64,000 nt of DNA from an uncultured Phycisphaeraceae bacterium (lineage in GTDB: Bacteria; Planctomycetota; Phycisphaerae; Phycisphaerales; Phycisphaeraceae), in assembly GCA_964527265.1 (NCBI GenBank), contig CAZGOM010000006.1, positions 3,259 through 67,258 of the forward strand, in the 5' to 3' direction. The position numbers and the translations under genes are program-made. The notes beneath the pieces were generated by a model that had not been told where the DNA came from, did not search any database, and worked only from the letters and a program-made list of their open reading frames with translations. Shown here in pieces: positions 7,501 through 16,524 of this stretch. Within the stretch, counting starts at the first letter, position 1, and each line of letters opens with the position of its first letter.

Positions 7501-10090
7501 GGCCGCCGTTGGCGGTGCCGCCGTTGTCCTTGGCGACGAGGGTGAAGATGGCTTCGCCATAGGAGAAGGGGAAGGGGGTGAAGGTGAGGGTGCCGTCGTC
7601 GGAGATGACGGGAGAATCCAGGAAGAGGATGGGGTTGCTGAGGCTGGTGAGGTGGTAAAGGATGGTCTGGCCGGATTCGTTGGGGCCGGGGGATGCTTTG
7701 GCCCAGTTTTTGATGGTGACGGTGCCGGAGTTTTCGTTGACAGGATCGATGGGGGAAGCGGTGAAGGTGGGCGGATCGTTGACGGGGGTGACGTGGATGG
7801 TGAAGGGGTAGGAGGCGCTGGTGTTTTGATCGAAAATGCCGATGGGGCCGGAATCCTTTACGGTGACGGTGAAGACGATGTCGCCGTAGATGTGGGGAGC
7901 GACCTGGTAAGTGAGGGTGCCGTTGGCATCGACCTGGGGCAACTTGGTGAAGAGGTCGGCAGCGCCGGGAGCGGGAAGGTTGACGGTGAAGGTGGGGGTC
8001 TGGCCGGATTCGTCGGCGGGGCCGGGATTGAACTTGGCCCAGTTGGAGATGGTCTGGAAGCCGACGCCTTCAAGGATGGTGGGTGGATCGACGGCGACGA
8101 TGGTGGGGGCGTCGTTGACCGGAGTGACGTTGATGATGAAGGTGTAGGGATCGCTGGTATCAACGCCGCCGTTGGCGGTGCCGCCGGAGTCCTGGACATT
8201 GATGGTGACCTTGGAAGATCCGGAGAGATTGGCGGCGGGCTTGAAGACGAGGACGCCGTCGCTGTTGAACTGGGGGAGCACGGAGAAGAGGCCGGGGTTG
8301 GAGACGTTCAGGACGTTGAATTTGATAGGCGTTTGTTCGGATTCGGAGGGGGAGCCGGGGTTAAAAGGGAACTCTCCAAAGGCGAAGTAGATGGAAGAGT
8401 CTTCGATGGAGGTGAGGGTGGTGGAGGGGTTTTCGAAATAGGGCTTGGTATTGGGAGCAGGGACGGTGATGGTGAAGTCGAACTTGTTCTGGTTCTGGCC
8501 GGCGAAGGCGGTGCCGCCGGAGTCGGTGACGAGAACAGTGATGACGGATGTGCCGGAGACGTTGTCGGCGAGAGTGAACTGGAGGGTGCCGTCGGGAGAG
8601 AGGGATGGGGCGACGGAGAAGAGGGATTTGTCGGAGATGCCGAGGACGTCGTACTGGGCGGTTTGATCGGATTCGGAAGGGTGGCCGGGGTCGAAGACGA
8701 CGAAGCCGGGGAGGGTGGTGTGGCCGGAATTGCGGTTGGCGATGACGGGGGAGGTGAAGGAGACCTGGGGTTCTTTGTTGACGTGGAGGACTTCGAAATA
8801 GCGGCCGTAGATGGAGGAGCCTTCCTGGGAAGCACCGGAGAAGACGGTGAGGAAGGAGCCGTCGAAGGTGGCGATGACAGCGGAGCCGGTCTGGTGGTTG
8901 GTGGTGTACTGGTTAATGAGGAATTCGGAGCCGACGCGGTTGCCGAGTGAGTCGTAGCGTTGGCCGTAAATGCCGTGGCCGCTGCCGTCCTGACCGACGC
9001 TGGTCCAGGTGATGACGAAGCCGGCGTCCATGACATAACTGGCGGAGGGGCCGAACTGGTCGCCGGTGGTGTAGGTGCTGACCTGGAAGGGGACGCCTTT
9101 GGTGGCGCCGGAGGAGGAGAAGAGTTGGCCGTAAACGCCGAAGCCGTCGCCATCCTGGCCGGAGAATGAGGTCCAGGTGAGAAGATAGCCGCCGATGGTG
9201 AGGGCGGTGACGGAGGGCTCGGTGTAGAGGTAGGTATCGTGCTGGGCGAGGAGGACGTTGGCGCCCTGGGTTTCGTCTTTGGAGGAGTAGCGCTGGGAAT
9301 AGATATCGCTGGAGAATTGCTCTGCCCAGGCGATGACGTAGCCGCCGTCACCGATGAGGGCGGTGACGGAAGGGAGGACGTAGTTGGTGCCTGGGCCGGC
9401 GTTGACCTGGAAGCGGGTGGAAAGAGGCTGGGCGTCGGCGTCGAAGTGTTGGGCGATGATGCCGGTGGCAGGACCGGCAGCGCCGTCATCGCCTGTGCCG
9501 CGCCAGACGACGACGAAGCCGCCGGATTCGAGTGCGGTGACGGCGGAGGCGGTTTGGCCGGTGGTGACGGAGATGTCGGATTTAACGTTGATGATGGGGC
9601 TGTCGGGGTTGCCGAAGACGTCGTAGGTGCGGAGGAAGATGCCGAATTCCGTATCGGAGCCCTGACCTTCCCATGTGACGACATAGCCACCATTGGCAAG
9701 GGCGGCTACGACCGGGTTGTGCTGCAAGCCACCGGTGAAGTCGTTGATGCGGATTTCGGTACCGATGAGCTTGCCCTGGCCGTCGACCTTGCGGCCGAAG
9801 ATGCCCTGGTTATCGCCGGAGCCTGAGCCGGCCCAGACAATGAAGGCGTCGCCACCGCTGTTCTCGCCGGATGCAACGGCGACCGAATTTTGTGAGCCGT
9901 CAGAGACATCGACGATAAAAGCATCAGTGATGGGGATGGGTGTGGTGATAAGGAACTGACGGGACTCGAGTTGTTCAAAGCGGCCGGGGGCGGCTAGCTG
10001 GCGCGATGGGCTTGTGCGGAGGGTGCGGTCTAAGTTTTTGAGGGACAGACGGTTATAGGAATTGCGGGAGGTTTGGGCAGACATTTGCAT
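4547..10090 (-). CDS. giant (1,847 aa) repeat-rich extracellular/surface protein
   Basis: One uninterrupted ORF. The N-terminus carries ...RFEQLESRQFLI. About 7 repeats of ~50 aa follow (GGYVVTW / GGFVVVW / GFVITWTSVGQDGSGHGIYGQRYD...EFLINQYT), then four ~110-aa modules ending in VND(A/P)PT with D.GGTANGG cores. Next is an Ig-like segment (TFTVNNPGDLPLKISNFSVPTGFTI) and an ~850-aa G/T/S/A-rich degenerate repeat tail. All opposite-strand ORFs are low-complexity shadows. Confidence 0.9.
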   Translation of the reverse strand: MQMSAQTSRNSYNRLSLKNLDRTLRTSPSRQLAAPGRFEQLESRQFLITTPIPITDAFIVDVSDGSQNSVAVASGENSGGDAFIVWAGSGSGDNQGIFGRKVDGQGKLIGTEIRINDFTGGLQHNPVVAALANGGYVVTWEGQGSDTEFGIFLRTYDVFGNPDSPIINVKSDISVTTGQTASAVTALESGGFVVVWRGTGDDGAAGPATGIIAQHFDADAQPLSTRFQVNAGPGTNYVLPSVTALIGDGGYVIAWAEQFSSDIYSQRYSSKDETQGANVLLAQHDTYLYTEPSVTALTIGGYLLTWTSFSGQDGDGFGVYGQLFSSSGATKGVPFQVSTYTTGDQFGPSASYVMDAGFVITWTSVGQDGSGHGIYGQRYDSLGNRVGSEFLINQYTTNHQTGSAVIATFDGSFLTVFSGASQEGSSIYGRYFEVLHVNKEPQVSFTSPVIANRNSGHTTLPGFVVFDPGHPSESDQTAQYDVLGISDKSLFSVAPSLSPDGTLQFTLADNVSGTSVITVLVTDSGGTAFAGQNQNKFDFTITVPAPNTKPYFENPSTTLTSIEDSSIYFAFGEFPFNPGSPSESEQTPIKFNVLNVSNPGLFSVLPQFNSDGVLVFKPAANLSGSSKVTINVQDSGGTANGGVDTSDPYTFIINVTPVNDAPTIVAVDPPTILEGVGFQTISNWAKFNPGPADESGQTPTFTVNLPAPGAADLFTKLPQVDANGTLTYQVAPHIYGDIVFTVTVKDSGPIGIFDQNTSASYPFTIHVTPVNDPPTFTASPIDPVNENSGTVTIKNWAKASPGPNESGQTILYHLTSLSNPILFLDSPVISDDGTLTFTPFPFSYGEAIFTLVAKDNGGTANGGQNTSLPQTFTISINHVPAPKVNVVSTLPNLGNGVSDGSTFTSTENGTNFGTSYQSIAPGSVSRTFTVNNPGDLPLKISNFSVPTGFTITEGLSDTIAPGKSDTFTVSLSTQTPGEFSGQVQFDTNTAVGTFNFALTGLVEPGEFHTFTSKTALKDRTFLDENNNKVVFALTGHGNGTLFITPDKRLLSLALDGTLAVSSSLTITTTKNTPTGTGISSLTAIDVSGGLLALNAASTALHGSFNASANIKTLTLGDVVTHHQSNIIINGSVSDKTTITLGRLSEVSIRTDATITSFKAIDWLDSNGLADEFIAASLGSFSITGRAATKTAPLVRGDLQADIRLTLPAPVSVSGKAVVAPLVSAITISGDSSSIWALGAHKLGSATVKGASSGGGLFANAVGSLTVTGDVSNFIAHIDKDFTSFKARHAQNVEFNITGALGTVSVNQWSGGSIFTGKLTSFTTTGLAGPVIKGISTPILSGDFTGDLTIVGLSSTANAQTLGSLTIKGSVTGNGESTGLNADWSITGGVGAIRIGGDVTGLVFETKHKTANKGNLASLSVTGEIRDTSIDIAGKTGAISMGSSDHLTFSADAEILSYTALKITLENVLVSSLAIGAINVGAWQSGSITAPKVTSITAKGVAATKTTPAIAGDFTGKVDISAIGLKTGTLALGSVSIAGTLGGYGDNKTWSINGKTGPITVGALANTTIDITGDLTSYTSKLTSDNSHLNVSGSSGPISLGGADHLEIRIGFGGKGGDLASFTSTKDLQSTTLWVEGNIGALTTGNWDGGSITARKVAGITAKATAATKTASAVHGDWDGVAMEITGDNVKIGQNAVGPINIAGQVNLSTWHIHGNAGAVSVGSFYSSAIYVGVSEGVNAGTVKSSHFTLFGGKAATLAGFTVTGKNVPVGHASFSNSDILTGSLTNASLKLVNNETLSGYGFYVFTKIGNYTRQTGNPPPNSVVRVTNKTTPGTYDQDAGYRLVIVA

Positions 10091-10307
10091 GGGAGCACCC
10101 GAGGTAGGAGGAAGTAAGCGGATGCCCGGCGATCATGGACGGGATACGGAGAGTATGGAATACAAAATGGGTTCGGCAAGTGATTTATAACGATTTTGGG
10201 TGAGTGGGTTGGGAAGGAGGATGTGCTTTTGTTTTGCCTGGTGAGGAGAGGAAGATTTACAGGATGATTTTTGAAGGTTGACGGGTAAATTGGGGTTGCA
10301 GGGACGC

Positions 10308-10324
10308 GAGAGAGAGAGAGAGAG
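10308..10324. repeat. (GA)8 dinucleotide microsatellite inside a ~395-bp polypurine (+ strand) divergent intergenic region
   Basis: Read directly as gcGAGAGAGAGAGAGAGAGggcg. The flanking + strand is strongly purine-rich and C-poor. Confidence 0.9.
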
Positions 10325-10485
10325 GGCGAGGATGAAGGCGAGGAGTCGGGGGCGTTGGTGATTATGGGTCCAACGGGAAGGGGTACGGGTCCGGTTGAGA
10401 GAGTAGAGCAAGCAATAGCGAGTAGAAACATAGAGTGGAAAGGAAAGAAGGAAGGGATCAAGCCCCAGCCGGGTGAATTTTCAAT

Positions 10486-11631
10486 ATGATGCCCGGTATG
10501 GCTAAAAACACACAAGTGCGCGTAACGGGTACGGATTTGTTTTCAGGGCGATTGGCGGGGGTTCGGGCGCGGTTTAAGAAAGAGCATGTGGGGGTGGATG
10601 CACTTTTGGTGACCAATGACAAGGACATCCGATATCTGACAGGGTTCATTGGTCATGACAGTTGGGCGATTGTGCCGCTTGCCGGGGCCAGCCGGGTGAC
10701 GATTGTGAGTGATCGGCGGTTTGAAGAGCAGATCCAGCGGGAAGCACCGCAGGCGGCGGTGGTGATGCGGTCGGGGGCGATTACAGAAGCGACGGCCAAG
10801 GCGCTGGATGGGCTGAAGATCAAGAAGTTGGGTGTTCAGCCGGACTATATGACGCTGGGGGTGTTTAAATCGCTGAAAAAGGCGGTGGGTGCGGGGCGGG
10901 TGACGGAGACGGCGGATGGGTTGATCAAGCAGCGTGCGGTGAAAACCGAGGATGAAGTGGCGCTGATCAAGAAGGCGGGGAAGATTCAGCAGGCTGCGTA
11001 TGAGGCGGTGATCAAGGAGATTCGGGCGGGGAAGGATACGGAAGCGCAGATTGCGGCGAAGCTGGAGATGACGATGCGGGGGATGGGGGCGGACGGGCCG
11101 AGCTTCAATACGATCATCGCGGTGGGGGCCAATGCGAGCTTGCCGCACGCGATCCCGGGGGGTACGAAGACGAAGAAGAATGAGATCATCCTGATCGATT
11201 GGGGTGCGCGGCTGGAGGGGTATTGTTCTGACATGACGCGGGTGATCGCGCTGGGGAAGATGCCGGCGAAGATGCGCGAGGTTTACCAGGTGGTGCTTGA
11301 GGCGCAGATGGCGGCAATTGATGCAATTGCACCCGGCAAGGCGCTTAAGGATATCGACGCCGTGGCGCGTGGGATTATTGATAAAGCTGGTTACGGCAAG
11401 GAGTTCTCGCATTCGCTGGGGCATGGATTGGGGCTGGATATCCATGAGCAGCCGACGCTTTCCACGCGGTCGGAAGGAGTGCTGGAACCCGGGCATGTGG
11501 TGACCGTGGAACCGGGGATTTACCTGCCGGGAGTGGGCGGCGTGCGCATTGAGGACGATGTTCTGGTGACGGCCAAGGGCAAAGAGGTGTTGACTGATTT
11601 GCCCAAAGACCTCACTTGCGCGATCATATGA
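10486..11631 (+). CDS. M24B family Xaa-Pro aminopeptidase/dipeptidase
   Basis: Creatinase-like N-domain followed by a pita-bread fold with metal-ligand blocks: [34 protein letters not shown] and GGVRIEDD. Confidence 0.9.
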   Translation: MMPGMAKNTQVRVTGTDLFSGRLAGVRARFKKEHVGVDALLVTNDKDIRYLTGFIGHDSWAIVPLAGASRVTIVSDRRFEEQIQREAPQAAVVMRSGAITEATAKALDGLKIKKLGVQPDYMTLGVFKSLKKAVGAGRVTETADGLIKQRAVKTEDEVALIKKAGKIQQAAYEAVIKEIRAGKDTEAQIAAKLEMTMRGMGADGPSFNTIIAVGANASLPHAIPGGTKTKKNEIILIDWGARLEGYCSDMTRVIALGKMPAKMREVYQVVLEAQMAAIDAIAPGKALKDIDAVARGIIDKAGYGKEFSHSLGHGLGLDIHEQPTLSTRSEGVLEPGHVVTVEPGIYLPGVGGVRIEDDVLVTAKGKEVLTDLPKDLTCAII

Positions 11632-11728
11632 GGTCTAAAACGTGATCCTTGGAGCCCCATTTGGTGGCGGTTCCCGGGGTGGCGCGTCGGATGTCTGATA
11701 AAACCCAGAGGCTTACCCGGAAAAGCAC

Positions 11729-12208
11729 ATGATCGATCTCAAAACGCTTCGTGAACTGGTCAAGATCATGGTCTCCAACGACCTTACAGAGGTCGATCTT
11801 CAGGATGACAAAGGTGAAAAGGTTTCATTGAAGCGTGCGGTGGGCGGAACACCCGTGACCCACTACGCTCCTGCGCCGGTTCAACAGGTTGCCGCGCCCG
11901 TGCCTGCCTTGTCGGCCCCGGCAGCAGCAAGCGCCCCCGCTGCCCCTAAAGTGGATGACTTTGCAGGCCTGGTGGCGATCAACAGTCCGATGGTGGGAAC
12001 GTTCTATGCATCGCCCAGCCCTGAGGCCAAGCCGTTTGTAGCGGTGGGGGCGAAGATCAGCGCGGATAAAAACGTCTGCATCATCGAAGCGATGAAGGTG
12101 TTCAACGAGATCAAGGCGGAGACGACGGGCACCATCGAAAAGGTGATGGTGACGAGCGGTCAGGCCGTGGAGTTCGGCCAGCCGTTGTTTTACGTGCGGC
12201 CCGGCTGA
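11729..12208 (+). CDS. accB: acetyl-CoA carboxylase biotin carboxyl carrier protein
   Basis: Ala/Pro-rich linker and the C-terminal biotinyl domain with the EAMK motif (CIIEAMKVFNEIKAE). It sits directly upstream of accC. Confidence 0.95.
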   Translation: MIDLKTLRELVKIMVSNDLTEVDLQDDKGEKVSLKRAVGGTPVTHYAPAPVQQVAAPVPALSAPAAASAPAAPKVDDFAGLVAINSPMVGTFYASPSPEAKPFVAVGAKISADKNVCIIEAMKVFNEIKAETTGTIEKVMVTSGQAVEFGQPLFYVRPG

Positions 12209-12297
12209 TTGCGGGCGTCGGTTAAGACGTCGGGCATGATCTATCTGGAGCTTGCCCCAACTTCCTCCTTCTTCCCTTCAAGAGACACCGGTAACGC

Positions 12298-13662
12298 ATG
12301 TTTTCACGCATACTGATTGCCAATCGTGGCGAAATCGCCGTCCGGATCATTCGCGCAGCCCGTGAGCTGGGCATCCAGACCGTGGCGGTCTATTCGACAG
12401 CGGATAAGACCTCCAATCATGTGCGGCTTGCCGACAAGGCCATCTGCATCGGCGACGCGCCCAGCGCGGACAGCTACCTGAACATTCCGCGGCTGATCAG
12501 CGCGGCGGAAGTGGCGAATGTGGACGCGATTCACCCTGGGTACGGCTTCCTGGCGGAAAACGCGCATTTTGCCGAGGTTTGCCGTTCCTGCAAGATTGAA
12601 TTCATCGGGCCGAGCGTGGAGGCGATGAACTCGCTTGGCAGCAAGGTGAACTGCAAGGCGCTGGCGATCAAGAATAAAGTGCCGACGGCGCCGGGTTCCA
12701 AAGGAAAGATCGAGACCGAAGAAGAAGCGATCAAGGTGGCCCGGGAAATCGGGTATCCGGTGATTGTGAAGGCCAGCGCCGGTGGGGGCGGGCGCGGCAT
12801 GCGCGTGGCGCACAATGAAATCGCGTTGCGGGCGGGTTTAAAGAGTGCCATGGCCGAGGCCAAAGGCGCTTTTGGCGACTCCACCGTTTACATTGAAAAG
12901 TTCATTGAAGTGGCGCGGCATATTGAAGTGCAGATCATCGGCGATCAGCACGGGAATGTGGTCCATCTGTTTGAGCGCGACTGCACCATGCAGCGCCGCC
13001 ATCAGAAGTTGATCGAAGAATCGCCCAGCCCGATCCTGACGCAGAAAGAGCGTGAGGAAGTATGCAACGCGGCGGTGCGGTTGTGCAAGGCGGCCAACTA
13101 TTACTCGGCCGGAACGGTTGAGTTTTTGATGGACGCGAAGAGCCGGCAATTCTTCCTGATGGAAGTCAATACCCGCGTGCAGGTGGAACACCCTGTGACG
13201 GAGATGGTGACGGGGATCGACATCGTCAAGACGCAGATCCGGGTGGCGGCAGGTGAGAAGCTGCGCTTTTCGCAGAAAGACATCAAGCAGACGGGGCATG
13301 CCATTGAGCTGCGCATCAATGCGGAAGATCCGGATAAGAACTTCATGCCTTCGGCGGGGATGATCAACCTGTTTGATCCGCCCGGCGGGCTGGGTGTGCG
13401 CATGGATACGCATTGCTACTCGGGCTATCGCGTGCCGCCCAACTATGACTCGATGATTGCGAAGCTGATCGTGCATAAAGAGAACCGGACCGAGGCGATC
13501 AACACGCTGCGGCGCGCGCTGCATGAGTTCCGCGTTGAGCCGATCAAGACGACGATCCCGCTGCATGCGATGCTGATGACGAACTCGAATTTCATCAACA
13601 GCGAAATCGACATCCACTATGTGGAGCGGTTGCTGGCGAGCAAAGCCGGGCAGGGGCATTGA
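12298..13662 (+). CDS. accC: acetyl-CoA carboxylase biotin carboxylase subunit
   Basis: ILIANRGEIAVRIIRA, the ATP-grasp block GYPVIVKASAGGGGRGMR, and EMNTRVQVEHPVTE-like blocks (MEVNTRVQVEHPVTEMVTGIDIV). Confidence 0.97.
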   Translation: MFSRILIANRGEIAVRIIRAARELGIQTVAVYSTADKTSNHVRLADKAICIGDAPSADSYLNIPRLISAAEVANVDAIHPGYGFLAENAHFAEVCRSCKIEFIGPSVEAMNSLGSKVNCKALAIKNKVPTAPGSKGKIETEEEAIKVAREIGYPVIVKASAGGGGRGMRVAHNEIALRAGLKSAMAEAKGAFGDSTVYIEKFIEVARHIEVQIIGDQHGNVVHLFERDCTMQRRHQKLIEESPSPILTQKEREEVCNAAVRLCKAANYYSAGTVEFLMDAKSRQFFLMEVNTRVQVEHPVTEMVTGIDIVKTQIRVAAGEKLRFSQKDIKQTGHAIELRINAEDPDKNFMPSAGMINLFDPPGGLGVRMDTHCYSGYRVPPNYDSMIAKLIVHKENRTEAINTLRRALHEFRVEPIKTTIPLHAMLMTNSNFINSEIDIHYVERLLASKAGQGH

Positions 13663-13793
13663 AGTCCTGAGGATTGTGAATTGTCCATGAGTCAGGGTTT
13701 CCCCGGTGGGGGATTGCCGCTGGCGGGTTGTTACAATCCGCTGGTCGATTACATACAGCCTTTCTAATCACCCATACAGCAAGGGATCATCAG

Positions 13794-14153
13794 ATGAGCA
13801 TTCAAGACATCGGCAAGAAGTTTGTGGAACTGTGCAACCAGGGCAAGAATTTCGATGTGATGAAGACGATGTACACCCCTGACATCGTTTCGGTGGAGTC
13901 GAACGGGAATGAAACGGCGGGGCAAGAAGCGGTGATTCAGAAGTCGGTGAAGTGGGCTTCGACGCTGACGATCAATGGTGAAAAGGTGCTTGGTCCGTAC
14001 TTCAACGGGCCGAATCAGTTTGCCGTGCATTTCACTTTTGATGTGACGCTCAAGGCGACGGGCCAGCGCGTGGTGCAGCAGGAAGTGGCGGTGTATACGG
14101 TGAAGGGTGACAAGATCTCGCACGAGCGGTTCTTCAATGAAGGCAACTGGTAA
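13794..14153 (+). CDS. SnoaL-like / NTF2-fold small protein
   Basis: 119 aa starting MSIQDIGKKFVELCNQGKNFDVMKTMYTPDIVSVE. Size and pattern match SnoaL/NTF2-like polyketide-cyclase-fold proteins. I chose the ATG at 13794 over the ORF-track alternative start at 13728. Confidence 0.6.
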   Translation: MSIQDIGKKFVELCNQGKNFDVMKTMYTPDIVSVESNGNETAGQEAVIQKSVKWASTLTINGEKVLGPYFNGPNQFAVHFTFDVTLKATGQRVVQQEVAVYTVKGDKISHERFFNEGNW

Positions 14154-14346
14154 AGCGCGCTGGGGGGCGGCCTGATTTGTAAAGGCAAGAGCCAGGCAGC
14201 GGCGTAATGCCAGCAAGTGTTGTCGCATTGGGGTTTGTCTGTTTGCTCGGGGCGCTGAAGGCTCAATTGGGCTGACGATACACTATGGTTCAAGGGCGTT
14301 CTCCCGCGTGGGGCATGCGCAGTGTTGCTCTTTGGCGAGAAAATCA

Positions 14347-15264
14347 ATGTCACGATTCAGATTGTCGATGGGTGTTGCCTGTGTTTTCGCCGGTGCATTT
14401 GGGGTTGATGCAATTCATGCGGCGGATGAGCAGGCGTACACCATTACTTACAACCGCCCTGTGAAGGCCGGGGAGACGTTTGAGCATGAGGTGAAGACGA
14501 CGCTGCTGCTTCAGAAGACGCCGGTGAGCGATACGCTTTCACTGGAGCAGATGGCGCAGATTTCGCGGCCGACGGTGGAGAAACTGGAAGCGAAATTCAA
14601 GTGCGAGGTGTTGGCCGTGACGCCGGAAGGGAACCGCACAAAGGTGAAAGTGACCTTCGCGAAACTGGCGGACACGACGCTGGGCAAGGCGCAAGCGGTG
14701 GTGCCGGAGGGTACGCAGCTTGTGCTGACGATTCAACCCAAGGGAGAGGTATCCGTGGAAGGCGTGGAGCCGGAGTTTAAGATCACGCCTGCGATCAAGG
14801 CGAAAGCCGATAAGGTGGTGGCCTTGAAGCAGCGAATGGAACTGGACACGTTACTGGGCGGGGTGAAGGCGCGGAAAGTGGGCGAGGCGTGGGCATTGGA
14901 TAAAGACCTGGTGCTTAAAAGCGCCGGCGGGGACCCATCCATCGCACCCAAAGACCCGGCAGGCACGGCGAAACTGCTCAGAGTGGAGACGATCAAAGGT
15001 GTGCCACAAGCGACGACGGAGATTGTGATGGTGGTGAAGGGGACGACGGGGGCAGGGGAATTGGCGACAGGGAAACTCACTGAAGCGGGCATTTCGGTGA
15101 CGGACCAGGTGACGTTGCCAATCAATACCAATCAGCCAGGGTGGACCCATTCACGGGATTGGAAGATGAAAGTGCAGATGGATTTTTTAGAGACTGCAGC
15201 GATCAAGAGGTTGAATGTGACGTTGAATGAAAAGCGCGAGGAAACGGTGAGCGCAAGTAAATAG
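14347..15264 (+). CDS. secreted hypothetical protein
   Basis: Signal peptide MSRFRLSMGVACVFAGAFGVDAIHA, then a K/E/T/V-rich beta-type sequence. No family recognised. Confidence 0.6.
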   Translation: MSRFRLSMGVACVFAGAFGVDAIHAADEQAYTITYNRPVKAGETFEHEVKTTLLLQKTPVSDTLSLEQMAQISRPTVEKLEAKFKCEVLAVTPEGNRTKVKVTFAKLADTTLGKAQAVVPEGTQLVLTIQPKGEVSVEGVEPEFKITPAIKAKADKVVALKQRMELDTLLGGVKARKVGEAWALDKDLVLKSAGGDPSIAPKDPAGTAKLLRVETIKGVPQATTEIVMVVKGTTGAGELATGKLTEAGISVTDQVTLPINTNQPGWTHSRDWKMKVQMDFLETAAIKRLNVTLNEKREETVSASK

Positions 15265-15353
15265 GCCGGCTTCCTTGATGTTTGCGCAGAATTCCGGTTA
15301 CGTGTCAGCACCCTGTCCCCGCGATCGAATGGGAGAGGGGTAAGATACGTGTT

Positions 15354-16508
15354 ATGCGGATCCATGAATTTATTCGTGCGTTTGAGGTTTTTGCCCCATT
15401 GTCGCTGGCGGAGAGCTGGGACAAGGTCGGGTTACAGGTGGGGTCGAAGGAGGGGGAGTTTAAGCGTGTCATGTTGACGATTGATTTAACGGAGGGGGTG
15501 GCGGCGGAGGCGGTGAGGCGGAAGGCTGGCCTAGTGCTGGCGTATCACCCGGTGATATTTGAGCCGCTCAAGAGCCTGACGGATGAAGACGCAAAGACAC
15601 GAGCGCTATTGGCTTTGGTGAGGGCGGGTGTGGGGGTGTTTTCACCACACACGGCGCTGGATGCCTGTGCGGGTGGGATTAACGATTGGCTGGCGGAGGG
15701 GGTGAGTGGTGCAGGTTTTGAGGAATTTGAGAAGCGGGGTGTGAAGTGCGACCCGATCAGGCCGGTGAAGGGTGGAGATGGAGGGTTGTATAAGGTGATC
15801 GTGTTTGTGCCTATGGGGGATGCGGAGAAGGTGCGGGATGCGATGGCTGAAGCTGGGGCAGGGCGGCTGGGGAATTATGAGAAGTGTTCGTTTGAAACAC
15901 AGGGGACGGGGACATTTCAGGGGAATGCACAATCGAACCCGACGGTGGGACAGCCAGGCGTGTTTGAGCGCGTGTCGGAAGTGAGGCTGGAAATGATCGC
16001 CATGGCGGGCGTGCTGGCCGGGGTGATCGCGGCGATGCGCAAGGTGCATCCCTATGAGGAACCGGCGTTTGATGTGTTCAAGGAAGATGCCAGCGCGGTG
16101 AAGACGTCGCATGTGAAGATCGGACAGGGGCGGGTGATTGAGTTGCCGAAGGCAATCGGCATGGGGGAACTGGTTGGGCGAGTGAAGAGGCATCTGGGGG
16201 TGAAGGAACTGGAACTGAGCGTGGGGGCGGCGAAAAAGAAAGTGAAGCGAGTCGGCGTGTGCGCGGGGGCGGGGGCGTCGCTATTGAAGGATGCCGGGGG
16301 CGTGGATGTCTTTTTGACCGGCGAGATGCGGCATCACGACCAGATGGAAGCCGCGGGACGGGGCGTGGCGGTGATGCTGGCGGGTCACACGCAGACGGAA
16401 CGGGGGTATTTGAAGGTGCTGAAAGTGCGGCTTGAAAAGATGTTGAAGGGGAAGGGGGTGGAGGTGGTGGTGAGCGGTGTGGATGGGGAGCCGATGAAGC
16501 GATGCTAG
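15354..16508 (+). CDS. Nif3-like dinuclear metal centre protein (YqfO/YbgI family, with inserted cap domain)
   Basis: FAPLSLAESWDKVGLQVG, LAYHPVIFEPLK, SPHTALD and C-terminal LAGHTQTERGYL are characteristic NIF3 blocks. ATG at 15354 chosen. Confidence 0.85.
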   Translation: MRIHEFIRAFEVFAPLSLAESWDKVGLQVGSKEGEFKRVMLTIDLTEGVAAEAVRRKAGLVLAYHPVIFEPLKSLTDEDAKTRALLALVRAGVGVFSPHTALDACAGGINDWLAEGVSGAGFEEFEKRGVKCDPIRPVKGGDGGLYKVIVFVPMGDAEKVRDAMAEAGAGRLGNYEKCSFETQGTGTFQGNAQSNPTVGQPGVFERVSEVRLEMIAMAGVLAGVIAAMRKVHPYEEPAFDVFKEDASAVKTSHVKIGQGRVIELPKAIGMGELVGRVKRHLGVKELELSVGAAKKKVKRVGVCAGAGASLLKDAGGVDVFLTGEMRHHDQMEAAGRGVAVMLAGHTQTERGYLKVLKVRLEKMLKGKGVEVVVSGVDGEPMKRC

Positions 16509-16524
16509 ATGTTTGAAGTGATTT

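Noticed and set aside
4526-9978. Many long ORFs overlapping the giant gene on both strands (e.g. 6983..8950 + 655 aa, 8308..9699 - 463 aa, 4879..5883 - 334 aa, 5028..5648 -).
   Set aside because: They have extreme low-complexity composition (G/D/E/V/A, or S/P/T/A, or R/H/P). These are frame-shadow artefacts of a GC-rich repeat gene. Only the 1,847-aa frame gives recognisable domains.
10543-13659. Long antisense ORFs within the peptidase and accC genes (10543..11496, 12304..12813, 12838..13659).
   Set aside because: They are R/H/P-rich antisense shadows of unambiguous housekeeping genes.
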